Source: an uncultured Verrucomicrobiae bacterium (GTDB lineage: Bacteria; Verrucomicrobiota; Verrucomicrobiia; Chthoniobacterales; JAFAMB01). Taken from it: a stretch of 64,000 nucleotides of DNA. The stretch spans positions 256,001-320,000 of the forward strand of contig CAWEXO010000014.1 in assembly GCA_963813025.1 (NCBI GenBank). Reading direction: 5' to 3'. A model generated the notes under the pieces. The model was not told where the DNA came from and did no database searches. It saw only the letters and a list, made by a program, of their open reading frames with translations. This document shows positions 1 to 11,470 of the stretch, piece by piece (within the stretch, counting starts at the first letter, position 1; each line of letters begins with the position of its first letter). The translations under genes and the position numbers were made by a program.

Positions 1-1215
1 ATAGCGGGTGACGAGTCCAACCCCTTTATACGGCGGAGCAAACCATTACCGATGCCGCCGATGCGCCGCTTCCGGCTCGGGGAGTTTTTTAAAGATGCGA
101 CCAAGCGGATGGGTTTGCACGCTCACCCGGTGCCGGTGGGAGTCAACACAATTCCATACCGCGGTCGCCCAGCGACCACTTACAGCGCTTGGAGCAACGG
201 ATTCGGTTCTCTGACCGGCGATAAATGGGACCCCTCTCTCACTTGTATCCCGGAAGCGCTCGCCACGGGCAATCTCGATCTGCGCACGCATTGCCGGGTC
301 ATCAGCATTCATACGGATGAAACTGGGCGCGTCGACGGGGCCGAATACATCGATCCTTTGGGTCGGCGTCGCTTTCAAGGCGCGCGCATTGTGGTTTTGA
401 GCGCGTACACGTTTGAAAACGTTCGTCTGCTTTTTCTTTCGGGCGATGCGAAACACCCCAATGGCTTGGGCAACAACCGCGGCCAGCTCGGCAAGCATTT
501 CATGACCAAAATGTTTGCGCACGTCGATGGCTACTTTCCCGGGGTGATCTTCAACCGCCATACCGGTCCCGCCGCACAGGGCCTGGTGCTGGACGACTTT
601 TTCGCACCCGATTTTGACTCGCTCCGACACGGTTTCATCGGTGGCGCCACGCTGGGCGCTGAACAGCAATTTTTGCCGATCCAGATCAGTCGCGAGGCAC
701 TGCCGGCCGACGTGCCGCGCTGGGGCAAGCCCTACAAAAACCATCTGCGCCAGTGGCAACATTTCGGCGTGGTCCGCATCCAGCCGGACACATTGTCCTA
801 CGTTAACAACTACCTTGAACTTGACCCGTCCCGCCGGGACCGCAGTGGCCTCGGTCTCCCCGTGCTTCGCATCACCTATGACCTGCGGGAAAATGAACAC
901 CGCCTGGCGGATTGGATGGAGGCGAAGTCCGAGGAAATCCTGCGGGAGATGGGCGCGACGAAGACGTGGCGAGGCGACCGATTCACGGGAGTGGGAAGCA
1001 GCCACGATTTCGGCGGGGCGCGCATGGGCGCGGATCCCGCAAAGAGCGTCGTCGATCCGGAACTTCGGGTGCATGACACTCCGGGGCTGTATATCTATAG
1101 CGGCGCTGCTTTTCCTTCTTGTCCAGGAATCAATCCCACCCTCAGCTTGCTCGCACTTATCTACCGCGCCGCGGAAAGGCTTGTCCAACGAATCGCCAAC
1201 GGAGAAGAGCGATGA
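1..1215 (+). CDS. GMC-family oxidoreductase (gluconate 2-dehydrogenase flavoprotein-like), 5' end outside the window
   Basis: Frame 1 is open from base 1. It has C-terminal GMC motifs (NGLGN..GQLGKHFM, HDFGGARMG.DP..SVVD, PGINPTLS). Confidence 0.85.
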   Translation: MAGDESNPFIRRSKPLPMPPMRRFRLGEFFKDATKRMGLHAHPVPVGVNTIPYRGRPATTYSAWSNGFGSLTGDKWDPSLTCIPEALATGNLDLRTHCRVISIHTDETGRVDGAEYIDPLGRRRFQGARIVVLSAYTFENVRLLFLSGDAKHPNGLGNNRGQLGKHFMTKMFAHVDGYFPGVIFNRHTGPAAQGLVLDDFFAPDFDSLRHGFIGGATLGAEQQFLPIQISREALPADVPRWGKPYKNHLRQWQHFGVVRIQPDTLSYVNNYLELDPSRRDRSGLGLPVLRITYDLRENEHRLADWMEAKSEEILREMGATKTWRGDRFTGVGSSHDFGGARMGADPAKSVVDPELRVHDTPGLYIYSGAAFPSCPGINPTLSLLALIYRAAERLVQRIANGEER

Positions 1216-1982
1216 ATCAGTCGACCAAGGTTGAGTTTGAAATTCAGGGGTCGATCGCGCGCATCGTGTTAAATCGGCCTGAGAAACTCAATGCGCTGGA
1301 TCCGGAGATGCTGTCCGCTTTAGAGGCGGCCGTCGATCAGGCCGAGCAATCGCGCGAAGTTCGAGCCATCATCCTGGCTGCCGCCGGAGAAAAGTCGTTC
1401 TGTGTCGGGGCCGATATTCTTGCCTGGACGTCGCTTTCGCCGCTCGCCATGTGGTCGGAGTGGGTGCGTCGGGGCCATCGGATTTTCGATCGGCTGGAGC
1501 ATGCGCGTCAGCCGGTCATCTGCGCGATCCAAGGTTACGCTTTGGGCGGGGGCCTGGAAATAGCCCTCGCTTGTGACGTGAGAATCGCGGTCGATGCAGC
1601 TCGATTCGCGATGCCCGAAGTCAAGCTTGGCACGATTCCAGGTTGGGGTGGCACGAACCGTTTGCCAAAATTGATCGGCAGCAGTCGAGCGAAACAGATG
1701 ATCTTCACCGGTGAGCAAATTCCCGCCGATGTCGCCGAACGGTGGGGCTTGGTAAACGAGGTAGTGCCGGCGGGCTCGCTGAGCGATCGAGTCAATGAAC
1801 TTGCCCGAAAAATCGCCGGTAACGCCCCGGTTGCAGTCCAGACAGCCAAACAGCTGATCGCGACTCCTTCCGCAGCGACGCTCGAATCTCTGGCCTCCGC
1901 AGTGAACGCTTTCAGCAATGACGCTAAAGAAGGGCTGGCCGCCTTCCGCGAGAAACGGCTTCCCAAATTTGAAGGGCACTGA
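1212..1982 (+). CDS. Enoyl-CoA hydratase/isomerase family protein
   Basis: ATGA overlap with the upstream stop. Motifs LNRPEKLNAL, FCVGADI, GGGLEIALACD and MPEVKLG, with both catalytic Glu present. Confidence 0.92.
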   Translation: MNQSTKVEFEIQGSIARIVLNRPEKLNALDPEMLSALEAAVDQAEQSREVRAIILAAAGEKSFCVGADILAWTSLSPLAMWSEWVRRGHRIFDRLEHARQPVICAIQGYALGGGLEIALACDVRIAVDAARFAMPEVKLGTIPGWGGTNRLPKLIGSSRAKQMIFTGEQIPADVAERWGLVNEVVPAGSLSDRVNELARKIAGNAPVAVQTAKQLIATPSAATLESLASAVNAFSNDAKEGLAAFREKRLPKFEGH

Positions 1983-1985
1983 ACT

Positions 1986-3485
1986 ATGCTCCCCAGAACA
2001 CCATTTCAGTATGAGTTGTGGATCGGCGGAAAGGAAATTCCGTCCCAATCCGGAAAGAGATTTGACCGGCAGAGTCCGGCACACGGCACAGTCGTGGGAG
2101 AGTATGCCCGAGCCGACGGTAGAGACGTTGACCTGGCGGTTCAAACTGCGCGAGAAGCTTTCGATCAAGGTTCCTGGCCAAAGGCTTCGGGGACAGAGCG
2201 TGCGAAATGCTTGCTGAAAGCGGGTGAGTTAATCCGCCGGCAAAAGGAAGAGCTAGCCCTGGTAGAAACTCTGGAAAGCGGCAAACCAATCGCCCAGGCC
2301 CGGGACGAAGTGGATTGGTCGGCCGGCCTTTGGGACTATGCCGCCACCCTGTGCCGGCACATTTACGGGGATACTTACAATGCGCTTGGACCGGCGATGC
2401 TCGGTTTGGTGATCCGCGAACCCATCGGGGTGGTCGGGATGATTACGCCTTGGAACTTTCCGCTTTTGATTATCAGTCAAAAACTGCCGTTCGCGCTCGC
2501 AGCTGGATGCACTTGCGTCGTAAAACCGAGCGAGCTTACGCCGGGCACTACTCTTCGATTGGGAAGAATCCTGGCCGAGGCGGGCGTGCCCGACGGGGTC
2601 GTAAATATCGTGAGCGGTTTCGGCGATCCGGCCGGAATTCATCTCAGCGCTCACCATCAGGTGGACATGATGTCTTTCACCGGATCCACCAGCATAGGAA
2701 AAGCGGTGATCGATGCTTCGCGCGGGAATTTAAAGAAAGTTGAACTCGAACTCGGCGGCAAAAATCCCCAGATCATCTTCGCCGACGCCGACCTGGATGC
2801 TGCCCTGGATGCGGCCGTGTTCGGAATCTGCTTCAACATGGGGGAGTGCTGCAACAGCGGAAGCCGCCTGCTGGTCCAACGGCCGATCGCAGACGAGTTC
2901 GTGCGAAGAGTCGTAGAACTGGCGCGTGAAGTGCCTGTCGGCGACCCGTTGGATGAAAAGACCAAGGTCGGCGCTATTGTTAGCGAGCCACAGTTTGCCA
3001 AAATCATGGGTTACATTGACCAGGGCCGGCATGCGGGAGCCACCCTTCAGCTTGGTGGTCAGGCACTTCAAATCCTGAATGGCCGGTTTGTTGAACCGAC
3101 CGTCTTTGACCGGGTTGCGCCTGACATGGCGATTGCTCGGGAGGAAATCTTTGGTCCGGTTCTTTCCGTCCTCACCTTCGATACGGCCGAGCAAGCTATC
3201 GATATCGCTAACGGTACAATGTACGGCTTGTCCGCCGGAGTCTGGACGCGAGATCTCGACACAGCCTTGTCGGTCAGCCGCCGTATCCGGGCCGGCACGG
3301 TTTGGGTGAACACATTCATGGATGGTTACCCTGAACTCCCATTCGGCGGGTACAAAGAAAGCGGACAAGGTCGCGAACTTGGCCGGTTCGCGATCGACCA
3401 GTTCACTGAACTCAAAACGATTCAGCTCCACGTCGGGCCAAGGTCGTCCTGGTGGACCAAAGCAAAGGTCGGCTATGAGAAATAG
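1986..3485 (+). CDS. NAD(P)-dependent aldehyde dehydrogenase
   Basis: Motifs ITPWNFP, FTGSTSIG, LELGGKNP, catalytic Cys in GECCNSGSR, and EEIFGPV. Confidence 0.95.
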   Translation: MLPRTPFQYELWIGGKEIPSQSGKRFDRQSPAHGTVVGEYARADGRDVDLAVQTAREAFDQGSWPKASGTERAKCLLKAGELIRRQKEELALVETLESGKPIAQARDEVDWSAGLWDYAATLCRHIYGDTYNALGPAMLGLVIREPIGVVGMITPWNFPLLIISQKLPFALAAGCTCVVKPSELTPGTTLRLGRILAEAGVPDGVVNIVSGFGDPAGIHLSAHHQVDMMSFTGSTSIGKAVIDASRGNLKKVELELGGKNPQIIFADADLDAALDAAVFGICFNMGECCNSGSRLLVQRPIADEFVRRVVELAREVPVGDPLDEKTKVGAIVSEPQFAKIMGYIDQGRHAGATLQLGGQALQILNGRFVEPTVFDRVAPDMAIAREEIFGPVLSVLTFDTAEQAIDIANGTMYGLSAGVWTRDLDTALSVSRRIRAGTVWVNTFMDGYPELPFGGYKESGQGRELGRFAIDQFTELKTIQLHVGPRSSWWTKAKVGYEK

Positions 3486-3599
3486 CGTGGAGGAGCCTCA
3501 ACCGAATCAGTTCTTGGTCTCCGGAGGCGTTAACGAAAACAGGCCGGCATCGGCCCCTCCCGGGATCCTCGAGAAAAGAGCCCAAACATTGTAGCACCA

Positions 3600-4757
3600 A
3601 TGACCCAATCATTTTCCGAACGGGCTCAATCAGCGACCGCGTTTGCCGGGAAACAACTGAGCCGTTTGATCACTGAGCATCCGGATTACTTTCCGCTATA
3701 CACCCAGCACGGAAAATGGAAACACGAATCAGAAGCCTGGACCAATTGGTGCGAAGGGTTTCTGGGCGGAATGTTGTGGATCCTCTTTCGGCACACGGCA
3801 AACCCTTCGTGGCGGGAACGAGCCGAGCATTATTCGCAACTGATCGAATCCCGAAAAAACGATCGAAACGTACATGATCTGGGGTTCCTTTTTCTGCCCA
3901 CCTGGAAGGTCTGGTATGAGTTGACGGGTGATCCAGCCAAGAACCAGGTTGTCATCGACGCCGGCAGAACTTTGGCCCTCCGCTTCCAGCCTAACGGCCG
4001 TTATCTGCGATCCTTTGTGGCCCCGGAAAGTCTGTTCATCGACATTATGATGAATGTGGGGATAATTTTCTACGCCGCCCAACAGACCAACGATTCGAAA
4101 TTGCAGCGAATCGCCCTCGATCATTGCCTGACGACTCGCCGTTTTCTCGTCCGGGGGGACGGCAGCACGGCTCACGAAGGCCTGTTTGATCCCAAGACCG
4201 GCGAGTTCATCAGACAAAAAACTCACCAAGGATGGCGGAATGACTCGAGTTGGGCGCGCGGTCAGGCTTGGGCTTTATCCGGTTTCACGAGGGCCTATCA
4301 GTTCACTCAAGATGAGCGTTTCCTCCGGACTGCAGAGCACTGTGCAGAATTCTATCTTGAGCGTACGCGACCGCAGGGGGTGCCACCGAACGACTGGGAA
4401 GAGCCTCAACCGCGGCAACCCTACGAAAGCTCGGCCGCGGCTATCGCCGCCGCGGGACTGCTCGACCTGGCGGAAGCCGTTAGCGAATCCTCAAAAGCTG
4501 ATCATTATCGAGAGCACGCTTTCGTGATCCTCGACACGCTGCTCAGCCCGGAGTTCCTGGCCAATGAAACACCCGGTTGGGAAGGCATCCTCAAACATGG
4601 AATTTATCATCAAGGCAATGGTCTCGGCGTCGATGAAAGTGTTATGTGGGGCGAGTATTTCTTTCTCGCCGCACTGGATAAGGCGCTTGCCACTGTTGAA
4701 TTGCGCGCGTCTTCTACCTCAAAACGGTTCCCCAATCCAACCCCAAAACAAAAATGA
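3600..4757 (+). CDS. Glycoside hydrolase family 88 (unsaturated glucuronyl hydrolase-like)
   Basis: Motifs W.EGF..G.LW, HDLGF, FIDIMMN, SSWARGQAW, ESSAAAIAA and WGEYFF. Confidence 0.88.
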   Translation: MTQSFSERAQSATAFAGKQLSRLITEHPDYFPLYTQHGKWKHESEAWTNWCEGFLGGMLWILFRHTANPSWRERAEHYSQLIESRKNDRNVHDLGFLFLPTWKVWYELTGDPAKNQVVIDAGRTLALRFQPNGRYLRSFVAPESLFIDIMMNVGIIFYAAQQTNDSKLQRIALDHCLTTRRFLVRGDGSTAHEGLFDPKTGEFIRQKTHQGWRNDSSWARGQAWALSGFTRAYQFTQDERFLRTAEHCAEFYLERTRPQGVPPNDWEEPQPRQPYESSAAAIAAAGLLDLAEAVSESSKADHYREHAFVILDTLLSPEFLANETPGWEGILKHGIYHQGNGLGVDESVMWGEYFFLAALDKALATVELRASSTSKRFPNPTPKQK

Positions 4758-6034
4758 AAAACAAAATAAGAAAACGCATCTGTTTCCCCTTCGTTGGGCT
4801 CGCGCTCTTGCTCGCAGCCCAGATTCCGACCGCTTTGTTTGCGGCGGACAAAAAATTGGAAGTCTTCTCCTGGTGGACGTCAGGCGGCGAAGCAGCCGCA
4901 CTCGACAGTTTGTTTCAGGCTGTAAAAAAGGCGGACCCCGGAATTCAGATTATCAATGCGACCGTCGCGGGCGGCGGGGGGTCGGCCGCGCGACCTGTCC
5001 TCCAGGCGCGCTTAGCCGGCGGTAATCCTCCCGATAGCTGGCAAACGCATCCAGGTTGGGAGCTGCTTGGCCAATATGTCGCGGCTAACTACTGCGAGCC
5101 TATCACCGACCTCTATAAGAGCGAAGGTTGGGACAAGGTCGTTCCAAAAGGTCTGATTGATATGCTGAGCAAGGATGGCGAGACCTATGCAGTTCTAGTC
5201 GGCGTCCACCGCGGCAACGTTCTCTGGTACAACAAGAAAGTGCTCGAGAAGAATGGAATCAAGGTCGGCGACAAGATGACATTCGACGAATTCTTTGCTG
5301 CTGCCGAAAAATTGAAAGCGGCCGGAGTGACGCCGTTGGCGGTGGGCGATTCCGGAATCTGGGCCACTGCTCAACTCTTTGAAAACACCTTGTTGGGCAC
5401 CGTGGGACCGCAAGGCTGGACTGACCTTTTCAGCGGGAAGATGGCTTGGGACGACCCAAAGGTTAAGCAGGCGGCCGAGAAGTACGGGAAAATGCTCGCC
5501 TACCAAAATTCAGATCACTCGGCCCTGACGTGGGACCAGGCGGTGAAAGCGGTAATGGAAGGTAGGTGCGCGTTTACGTCAATGGGCGACTGGACCTATG
5601 GCGAGTTTGCCAAAGCTAAAATGAAGGACAAGGAGGACTTCGGGTGGGTCAGTCATCCCGGTACAGACGGTGCGTTTATTATCGTTGCCGACGGCTTTCC
5701 ATTGGCCAAAGGCGCGCCTCACAGAGAAGCGGCGACTACTTGGCTGAAAGTCTGTGGCAGCAAGGATGCGCAGGAGGCGTTTAATCCGTTAAAAGGCTCG
5801 ATTCCTCCGCGGACCGACGTGGACAAGAGCAAGTTTGGTCCTTATCACAACTGGTCAATGGAGTCCTTTGCAAAGGATGCGTTGGTGCCCAGTTGCGTGC
5901 ACGGCGAGGCTGCTCCGGCTGCATTCCAGCAGGCCCTTAACGATGCGATCACGACGTTTGTCGTGGATAAGAATGCCGACCGACTCACGCAGGCCTTGGC
6001 GCAGGCCGCTAAGGAGTCTGAGATGAGCAAATGA
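4754..6034 (+). CDS. Sugar ABC transporter substrate-binding protein (CUT1, glucose/mannose-binding type)
   Basis: Signal peptide, then EVFSWWTSGGEAAAL, VAGGGG, HRGNVLWYN and MGDW. Confidence 0.9.
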   Translation: MKNKIRKRICFPFVGLALLLAAQIPTALFAADKKLEVFSWWTSGGEAAALDSLFQAVKKADPGIQIINATVAGGGGSAARPVLQARLAGGNPPDSWQTHPGWELLGQYVAANYCEPITDLYKSEGWDKVVPKGLIDMLSKDGETYAVLVGVHRGNVLWYNKKVLEKNGIKVGDKMTFDEFFAAAEKLKAAGVTPLAVGDSGIWATAQLFENTLLGTVGPQGWTDLFSGKMAWDDPKVKQAAEKYGKMLAYQNSDHSALTWDQAVKAVMEGRCAFTSMGDWTYGEFAKAKMKDKEDFGWVSHPGTDGAFIIVADGFPLAKGAPHREAATTWLKVCGSKDAQEAFNPLKGSIPPRTDVDKSKFGPYHNWSMESFAKDALVPSCVHGEAAPAAFQQALNDAITTFVVDKNADRLTQALAQAAKESEMSK

Positions 6035-6264
6035 AAAAGGAGTAAGTACCGGATTCTCCAAAAAACAGGATTGGAACATGCCCTGAATCGCCGAAGAAGG
6101 TCTTTTTAGAGGATCTTCTCAGCCTCTCGAATGGGCAGCAGAACTCAGCGCGTGGTTCAACCCCGGGAAAGCTTATCGGAGCTTGTCCCTGTCGAACTCT
6201 GATCGCTTATCGACAGGGACCGGCTCCTGCCGGTCCGCCCGTTTTCAAAGAAAAGCTGGACGCC

Positions 6265-7344
6265 ATGAATGTAAAAATCCCTGCTGGGATCTCAGCCGGT
6301 GGGCCCGCAACGCAAGCCGACCCGATTGGCCAGGCACTGGCGCCGAAGACCGCAACTCGCCGGCGCCGGGTGCGACTGGATGATCTGCTTCCTCCCTTGA
6401 TCCTCACCCCGGCGATGATCGCGAGCATCGTCTTTGTCTATGTATTCATTGCGATCACCATCTGGGTCTCATTATCAAAATGGGGCACTTTGCGGATGGA
6501 CCTTAATTTGCGCGAACCATTCGGGTTCACTTACCAGCAGATGTTTTCGATGCCTCGCTGGCACGCCAACCTTCGCAACGTTTTCGTTTTTACGATTCTT
6601 TTTCTGACGAGCTCGATCAGTTTTGGGTTGCTTTTGGCGATGCTCCTGGACCGCAAGCTGCTGGGGCACACCATCCTGCGAAACGTTTTTTTATTTCCTT
6701 ACGCGCTGTCCTTCATTGTTACCGGCATCGTTTGGCGATGGATCTTCAACCCGGAAACAGGGATCAACCTGTTGTTTGATGGCTTGGGCATCAATCATCT
6801 GATCACATCGATGGGCGGCCCTCCTCTCAGGCCCGGCTGGACGACCGATCCTTCGGTCCTCTTTTCGCTCAATGACTGGCTCGGGCACATTTTCCCGGCT
6901 GTGAAAGGTATGTCGATCCAGTTAGGAATCCCGGTTGCCTTAATTCCTGTAGTGATCGCCGCGGCCTGGCAGTTAACCGGTTTTTCTATGGCGATGTACA
7001 TCGCCGGTATGGCGACGATATCCCACGAGTTGCGCGAAGCCGCTCGGATCGACGGAGCGAGCGAATTCCAAGTTTATACCAACGTAATCCTACCCTTGCT
7101 CTGGCCGGTTACCGTCAGCACCGCGATTATCCTGGGACATGTGTCCCTGAAAATCTTCGATCTGATCTTCGCGATGACCGGTGTCGGACCGGGGTTTGCC
7201 ACGGATGTCCCCGGCATCTTCGTTTTTGATCAGACCTTTAAAGCGACGAGATATAATCTCGGGGCGGCGGCATCGGTTGTGATGCTTGTTCTGGTCTGCC
7301 TGATCATCGTGCCCTATCTCTGGGCTAATTTCCGCAAGAGGTAA
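6265..7344 (+). CDS. Sugar ABC transporter permease (MalF-like)
   Basis: Multiple TM helices and the EAA loop EAARIDGA. Confidence 0.92.
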   Translation: MNVKIPAGISAGGPATQADPIGQALAPKTATRRRRVRLDDLLPPLILTPAMIASIVFVYVFIAITIWVSLSKWGTLRMDLNLREPFGFTYQQMFSMPRWHANLRNVFVFTILFLTSSISFGLLLAMLLDRKLLGHTILRNVFLFPYALSFIVTGIVWRWIFNPETGINLLFDGLGINHLITSMGGPPLRPGWTTDPSVLFSLNDWLGHIFPAVKGMSIQLGIPVALIPVVIAAAWQLTGFSMAMYIAGMATISHELREAARIDGASEFQVYTNVILPLLWPVTVSTAIILGHVSLKIFDLIFAMTGVGPGFATDVPGIFVFDQTFKATRYNLGAAASVVMLVLVCLIIVPYLWANFRKR

Positions 7345-7346
7345 AT

Positions 7347-8210
7347 ATGACAAAGACACCCTCAATTTTTTACCCCTTTCGGCAGGCCCTGCCGCGGAAC
7401 CTCTGGGATTACCTTATTCTCGCAGTGTTATTGGGATGCATGTTGTTCTTCTTGATGCCGGTTTATGTGATGGTCGTAACCGGGCTGAAAGAGGCGCGCA
7501 ATGTCAGCCTCTCGACGATGTGGAATTTACCGCGCCAGTTCACTGGCGGCGGATTTGTCGAGGCCTGGCATCGTTTGGAGCCGAACCTTGGTAATAGTCT
7601 TATGCTGACTATTCCAGCCACCGTTATCTCGGCGATCTGGGGATCCATTAATGGTTATGTCTTTTCCAAATGGAAGTTCCGCGGTTCAAACCTTCTTTTC
7701 GCAATGTTGGTCTTTGGCATGTTTATTCCCTATCAGAGTATCCTGATTCCACTGATTCAGTTTCTCCAGCATATCAAACTCTACGGGACGATTTGGGGCT
7801 TGGTGACCGTTCACGTCCTCTACGGACTCCCAATTACCAGTCTGATTTTTCGAAATTATTTTGCTAGCATTCCGGATGAATTGATGGACGCGTCGCGTAT
7901 CGACGGTGCGGGCATTGTGCGAACTTTTATCCACGTCCTGCTTCCTCTTTCGATGCCTGCTTTTGTGGTGGTCGCGATTTTCCAGTTCACCAATATTTGG
8001 AACGATTTTTTGTTTGGCGTGACGATTCTGCCAAATCCCAGTGCTCAACCCGTGACTGTGGCCTTGAATAATCTGTCAGGCTCATTTTCGGTCGATTGGA
8101 ATGTGGTGATGGCGGGAGCAGTCATCGCCGCACTGCCGACTGCGCTGGTTTACATCTTCCTAGGCCGATTTTTTATCAAAGGACTCTTGGCCGGTTCGGT
8201 AAAAGGTTAG
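7347..8210 (+). CDS. Sugar ABC transporter permease (MalG-like)
   Basis: Motifs IPDELMDASRIDGAG and FQFTNIWNDF, with C-terminal GSVKG. Confidence 0.92.
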   Translation: MTKTPSIFYPFRQALPRNLWDYLILAVLLGCMLFFLMPVYVMVVTGLKEARNVSLSTMWNLPRQFTGGGFVEAWHRLEPNLGNSLMLTIPATVISAIWGSINGYVFSKWKFRGSNLLFAMLVFGMFIPYQSILIPLIQFLQHIKLYGTIWGLVTVHVLYGLPITSLIFRNYFASIPDELMDASRIDGAGIVRTFIHVLLPLSMPAFVVVAIFQFTNIWNDFLFGVTILPNPSAQPVTVALNNLSGSFSVDWNVVMAGAVIAALPTALVYIFLGRFFIKGLLAGSVKG

Positions 8211-8223
8211 TGAACGTGTTGTC

Positions 8224-9762
8224 ATGGAGGCCTATGATTTGGTAATTATCGGCACCGGCATGGGCGGCGGGACGTTGGCCTACGCCCTCCGCGATTCGGG
8301 TAGGAAAATCTTGCTGCTGGAGCGAGGCGATTATCTTCCTTCCGAATCAGAGAACTGGAGTCCGGAGGCGGTTTTCGATCGGAAAAGGTACAAACCCAAA
8401 GAGCAATGGTTCGACCATACTGGGCATCCTTTTTCTCCGGGGGTTCATTACTTCGTCGGTGGCAACACGAAGGTTTACGGGGCGGCTCTGCCGCGGTTTC
8501 GCCAAGAGGATTTCTCAAGCCTGGAACATGAAGAAGGTGTGTCGCCTGGTTGGCCAGTAACCTACGAAGATTTTGAGCCTTACTATTGCCGTGCTGAAAA
8601 GATGCTCTTTGTTCATGGTGAAACCGGTTCCGACCCGACAGACCCACCGCGCTCAGCGTCGTTCCCGTTTCCTGCAGTTCCGGACGAACCTTATATCAAG
8701 GATTTGCGAACGCGGTTAGAAGGGCAGGGGCTGCACCCGTTTTCCTTGCCGCTTGGGATCGATCTGCGATCGGGCGGAACGTGCATTCGCTGCAAGACAT
8801 GTGACGGTTTTCCCTGTAAAGTGTTCGCCAAAGCAGATGCCGACATCTGCTGCGTCCGACCGGCCGTTGCCTCGGAGAAGATCGAACTGCTTACGCGAGC
8901 TTTTGCTCGCCGCCTCATCACTGACGCTTCCGGCGAAAAAGTGACCGAAGTCGAGATCGAGCGCGATGGAGAAGTCCGACGGATCGGCGCCGATACTTTT
9001 GTTGTCTCGTGCGGCGCGGTGAACTCTGTCGCACTCCTGTTGCGTTCGGCATCTGCTCACCATCCAAATGGACTAGCAAATTCGTCTGGATTGGTGGGTC
9101 GAAACTACATGGTTCATAACAACACCGCCCTGATGGCAATCCATCCCTTTCGGATAAATCGTACGACGTTTCAAAAGACGATGGCAGTCAATGATTTCTA
9201 TTTTCGGGGTGAAACGGGTTACCGATATCCTTTAGGTAATCTGCAGCTTCTTGGAAAGCTGCAAGCAGGGATGCTGACAGCCGACCAAAGATGGGTGCCA
9301 AAGCCGATCCTCCGTGCCTTGGCCAATCGTAGCGTGGACTGGTGGGTCATGTCCGAAGACCTGCCTGACCCGGAAAACCGAGTGACTCTGGGACAGGGCG
9401 GCCGGATCGAAGTTCATTTCCGTCCCCATAATCTGGGGGCCCACACCCGGTTAATTAAAGCCGCTACGCGAATGTTAAAAAAGGCAGGCTATCCGATCGT
9501 GTGGATTCAGCGCATGGGCATTGAGACCAATTCCCATCAGTGCGGTACGATGAGGTTCGGGACTGATCCGAAAAGCTCTGTGCTTAATCTTTTCTGTCGG
9601 AGCCACGATGTTACCAACCTGTTTGTGGTTGATAGTTCGTTTTTTCCCTCCTCAGCCGCGGTTAACCCGGCCCTTACCATTGCCGCCCAGGCGCTGCGCG
9701 TTGCTGACCACATAGAAGGTTCTCTGGCAACAAATCCAGCGATTGAAAGCAGTGGAACGTGA
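8224..9762 (+). CDS. GMC-family FAD oxidoreductase
   Basis: FAD motif IIGTGMGGG, VGGNTKVYGA, CIRCKTCDGFPC, SHQCGT.RFG and NPALTI. Confidence 0.92.
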   Translation: MEAYDLVIIGTGMGGGTLAYALRDSGRKILLLERGDYLPSESENWSPEAVFDRKRYKPKEQWFDHTGHPFSPGVHYFVGGNTKVYGAALPRFRQEDFSSLEHEEGVSPGWPVTYEDFEPYYCRAEKMLFVHGETGSDPTDPPRSASFPFPAVPDEPYIKDLRTRLEGQGLHPFSLPLGIDLRSGGTCIRCKTCDGFPCKVFAKADADICCVRPAVASEKIELLTRAFARRLITDASGEKVTEVEIERDGEVRRIGADTFVVSCGAVNSVALLLRSASAHHPNGLANSSGLVGRNYMVHNNTALMAIHPFRINRTTFQKTMAVNDFYFRGETGYRYPLGNLQLLGKLQAGMLTADQRWVPKPILRALANRSVDWWVMSEDLPDPENRVTLGQGGRIEVHFRPHNLGAHTRLIKAATRMLKKAGYPIVWIQRMGIETNSHQCGTMRFGTDPKSSVLNLFCRSHDVTNLFVVDSSFFPSSAAVNPALTIAAQALRVADHIEGSLATNPAIESSGT

Positions 9763-9766
9763 GAGG

Positions 9767-11242
<1,476 letters not shown>

Positions 11243-11350
11243 TCAGGACAATAGAGTACGAAACTGAGCGCAGCATGTTGCCGGAGCGCAACCCGGCATT
11301 CACCGGACATTGATAACGATCGAGTCGCGCACAGAGGTCACGGAGTACAC

Positions 11351-11377
11351 AGCGCGGCGTAGCCGCTACGCCGCGCT
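11351..11377. repeat. Perfect GC-rich palindrome AGCGCGGCGTAGC-C-GCTACGCCGCGCT within a larger imperfect inverted repeat
   Basis: 13-bp arms read directly, flanked by GCACAGAGGTC / GACCTCCGTGC. Confidence 0.7.
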
Positions 11378-11470
11378 AGGACCTCCGTGCGAGGCTCTCT
11401 CTGCTCCGTTGCCGATTTTCGCCAAGACATCGGAAGCCGGGCGAGTCGGAGCAGGAGACTTTCGATCCCG

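Noticed and set aside
46..1188. Long antisense ORFs (46-1188, 1320-2168, 27451-28425, 45976-46809 and similar)
   Set aside because: They are shadows of well-supported genes on the opposite strand in GC-rich DNA and have no recognisable motifs.
6035..6264. ncRNA between the SBP and permease genes
   Set aside because: Only a degenerate REP-like fragment (about 6134-6170) is visible and no defined structure.
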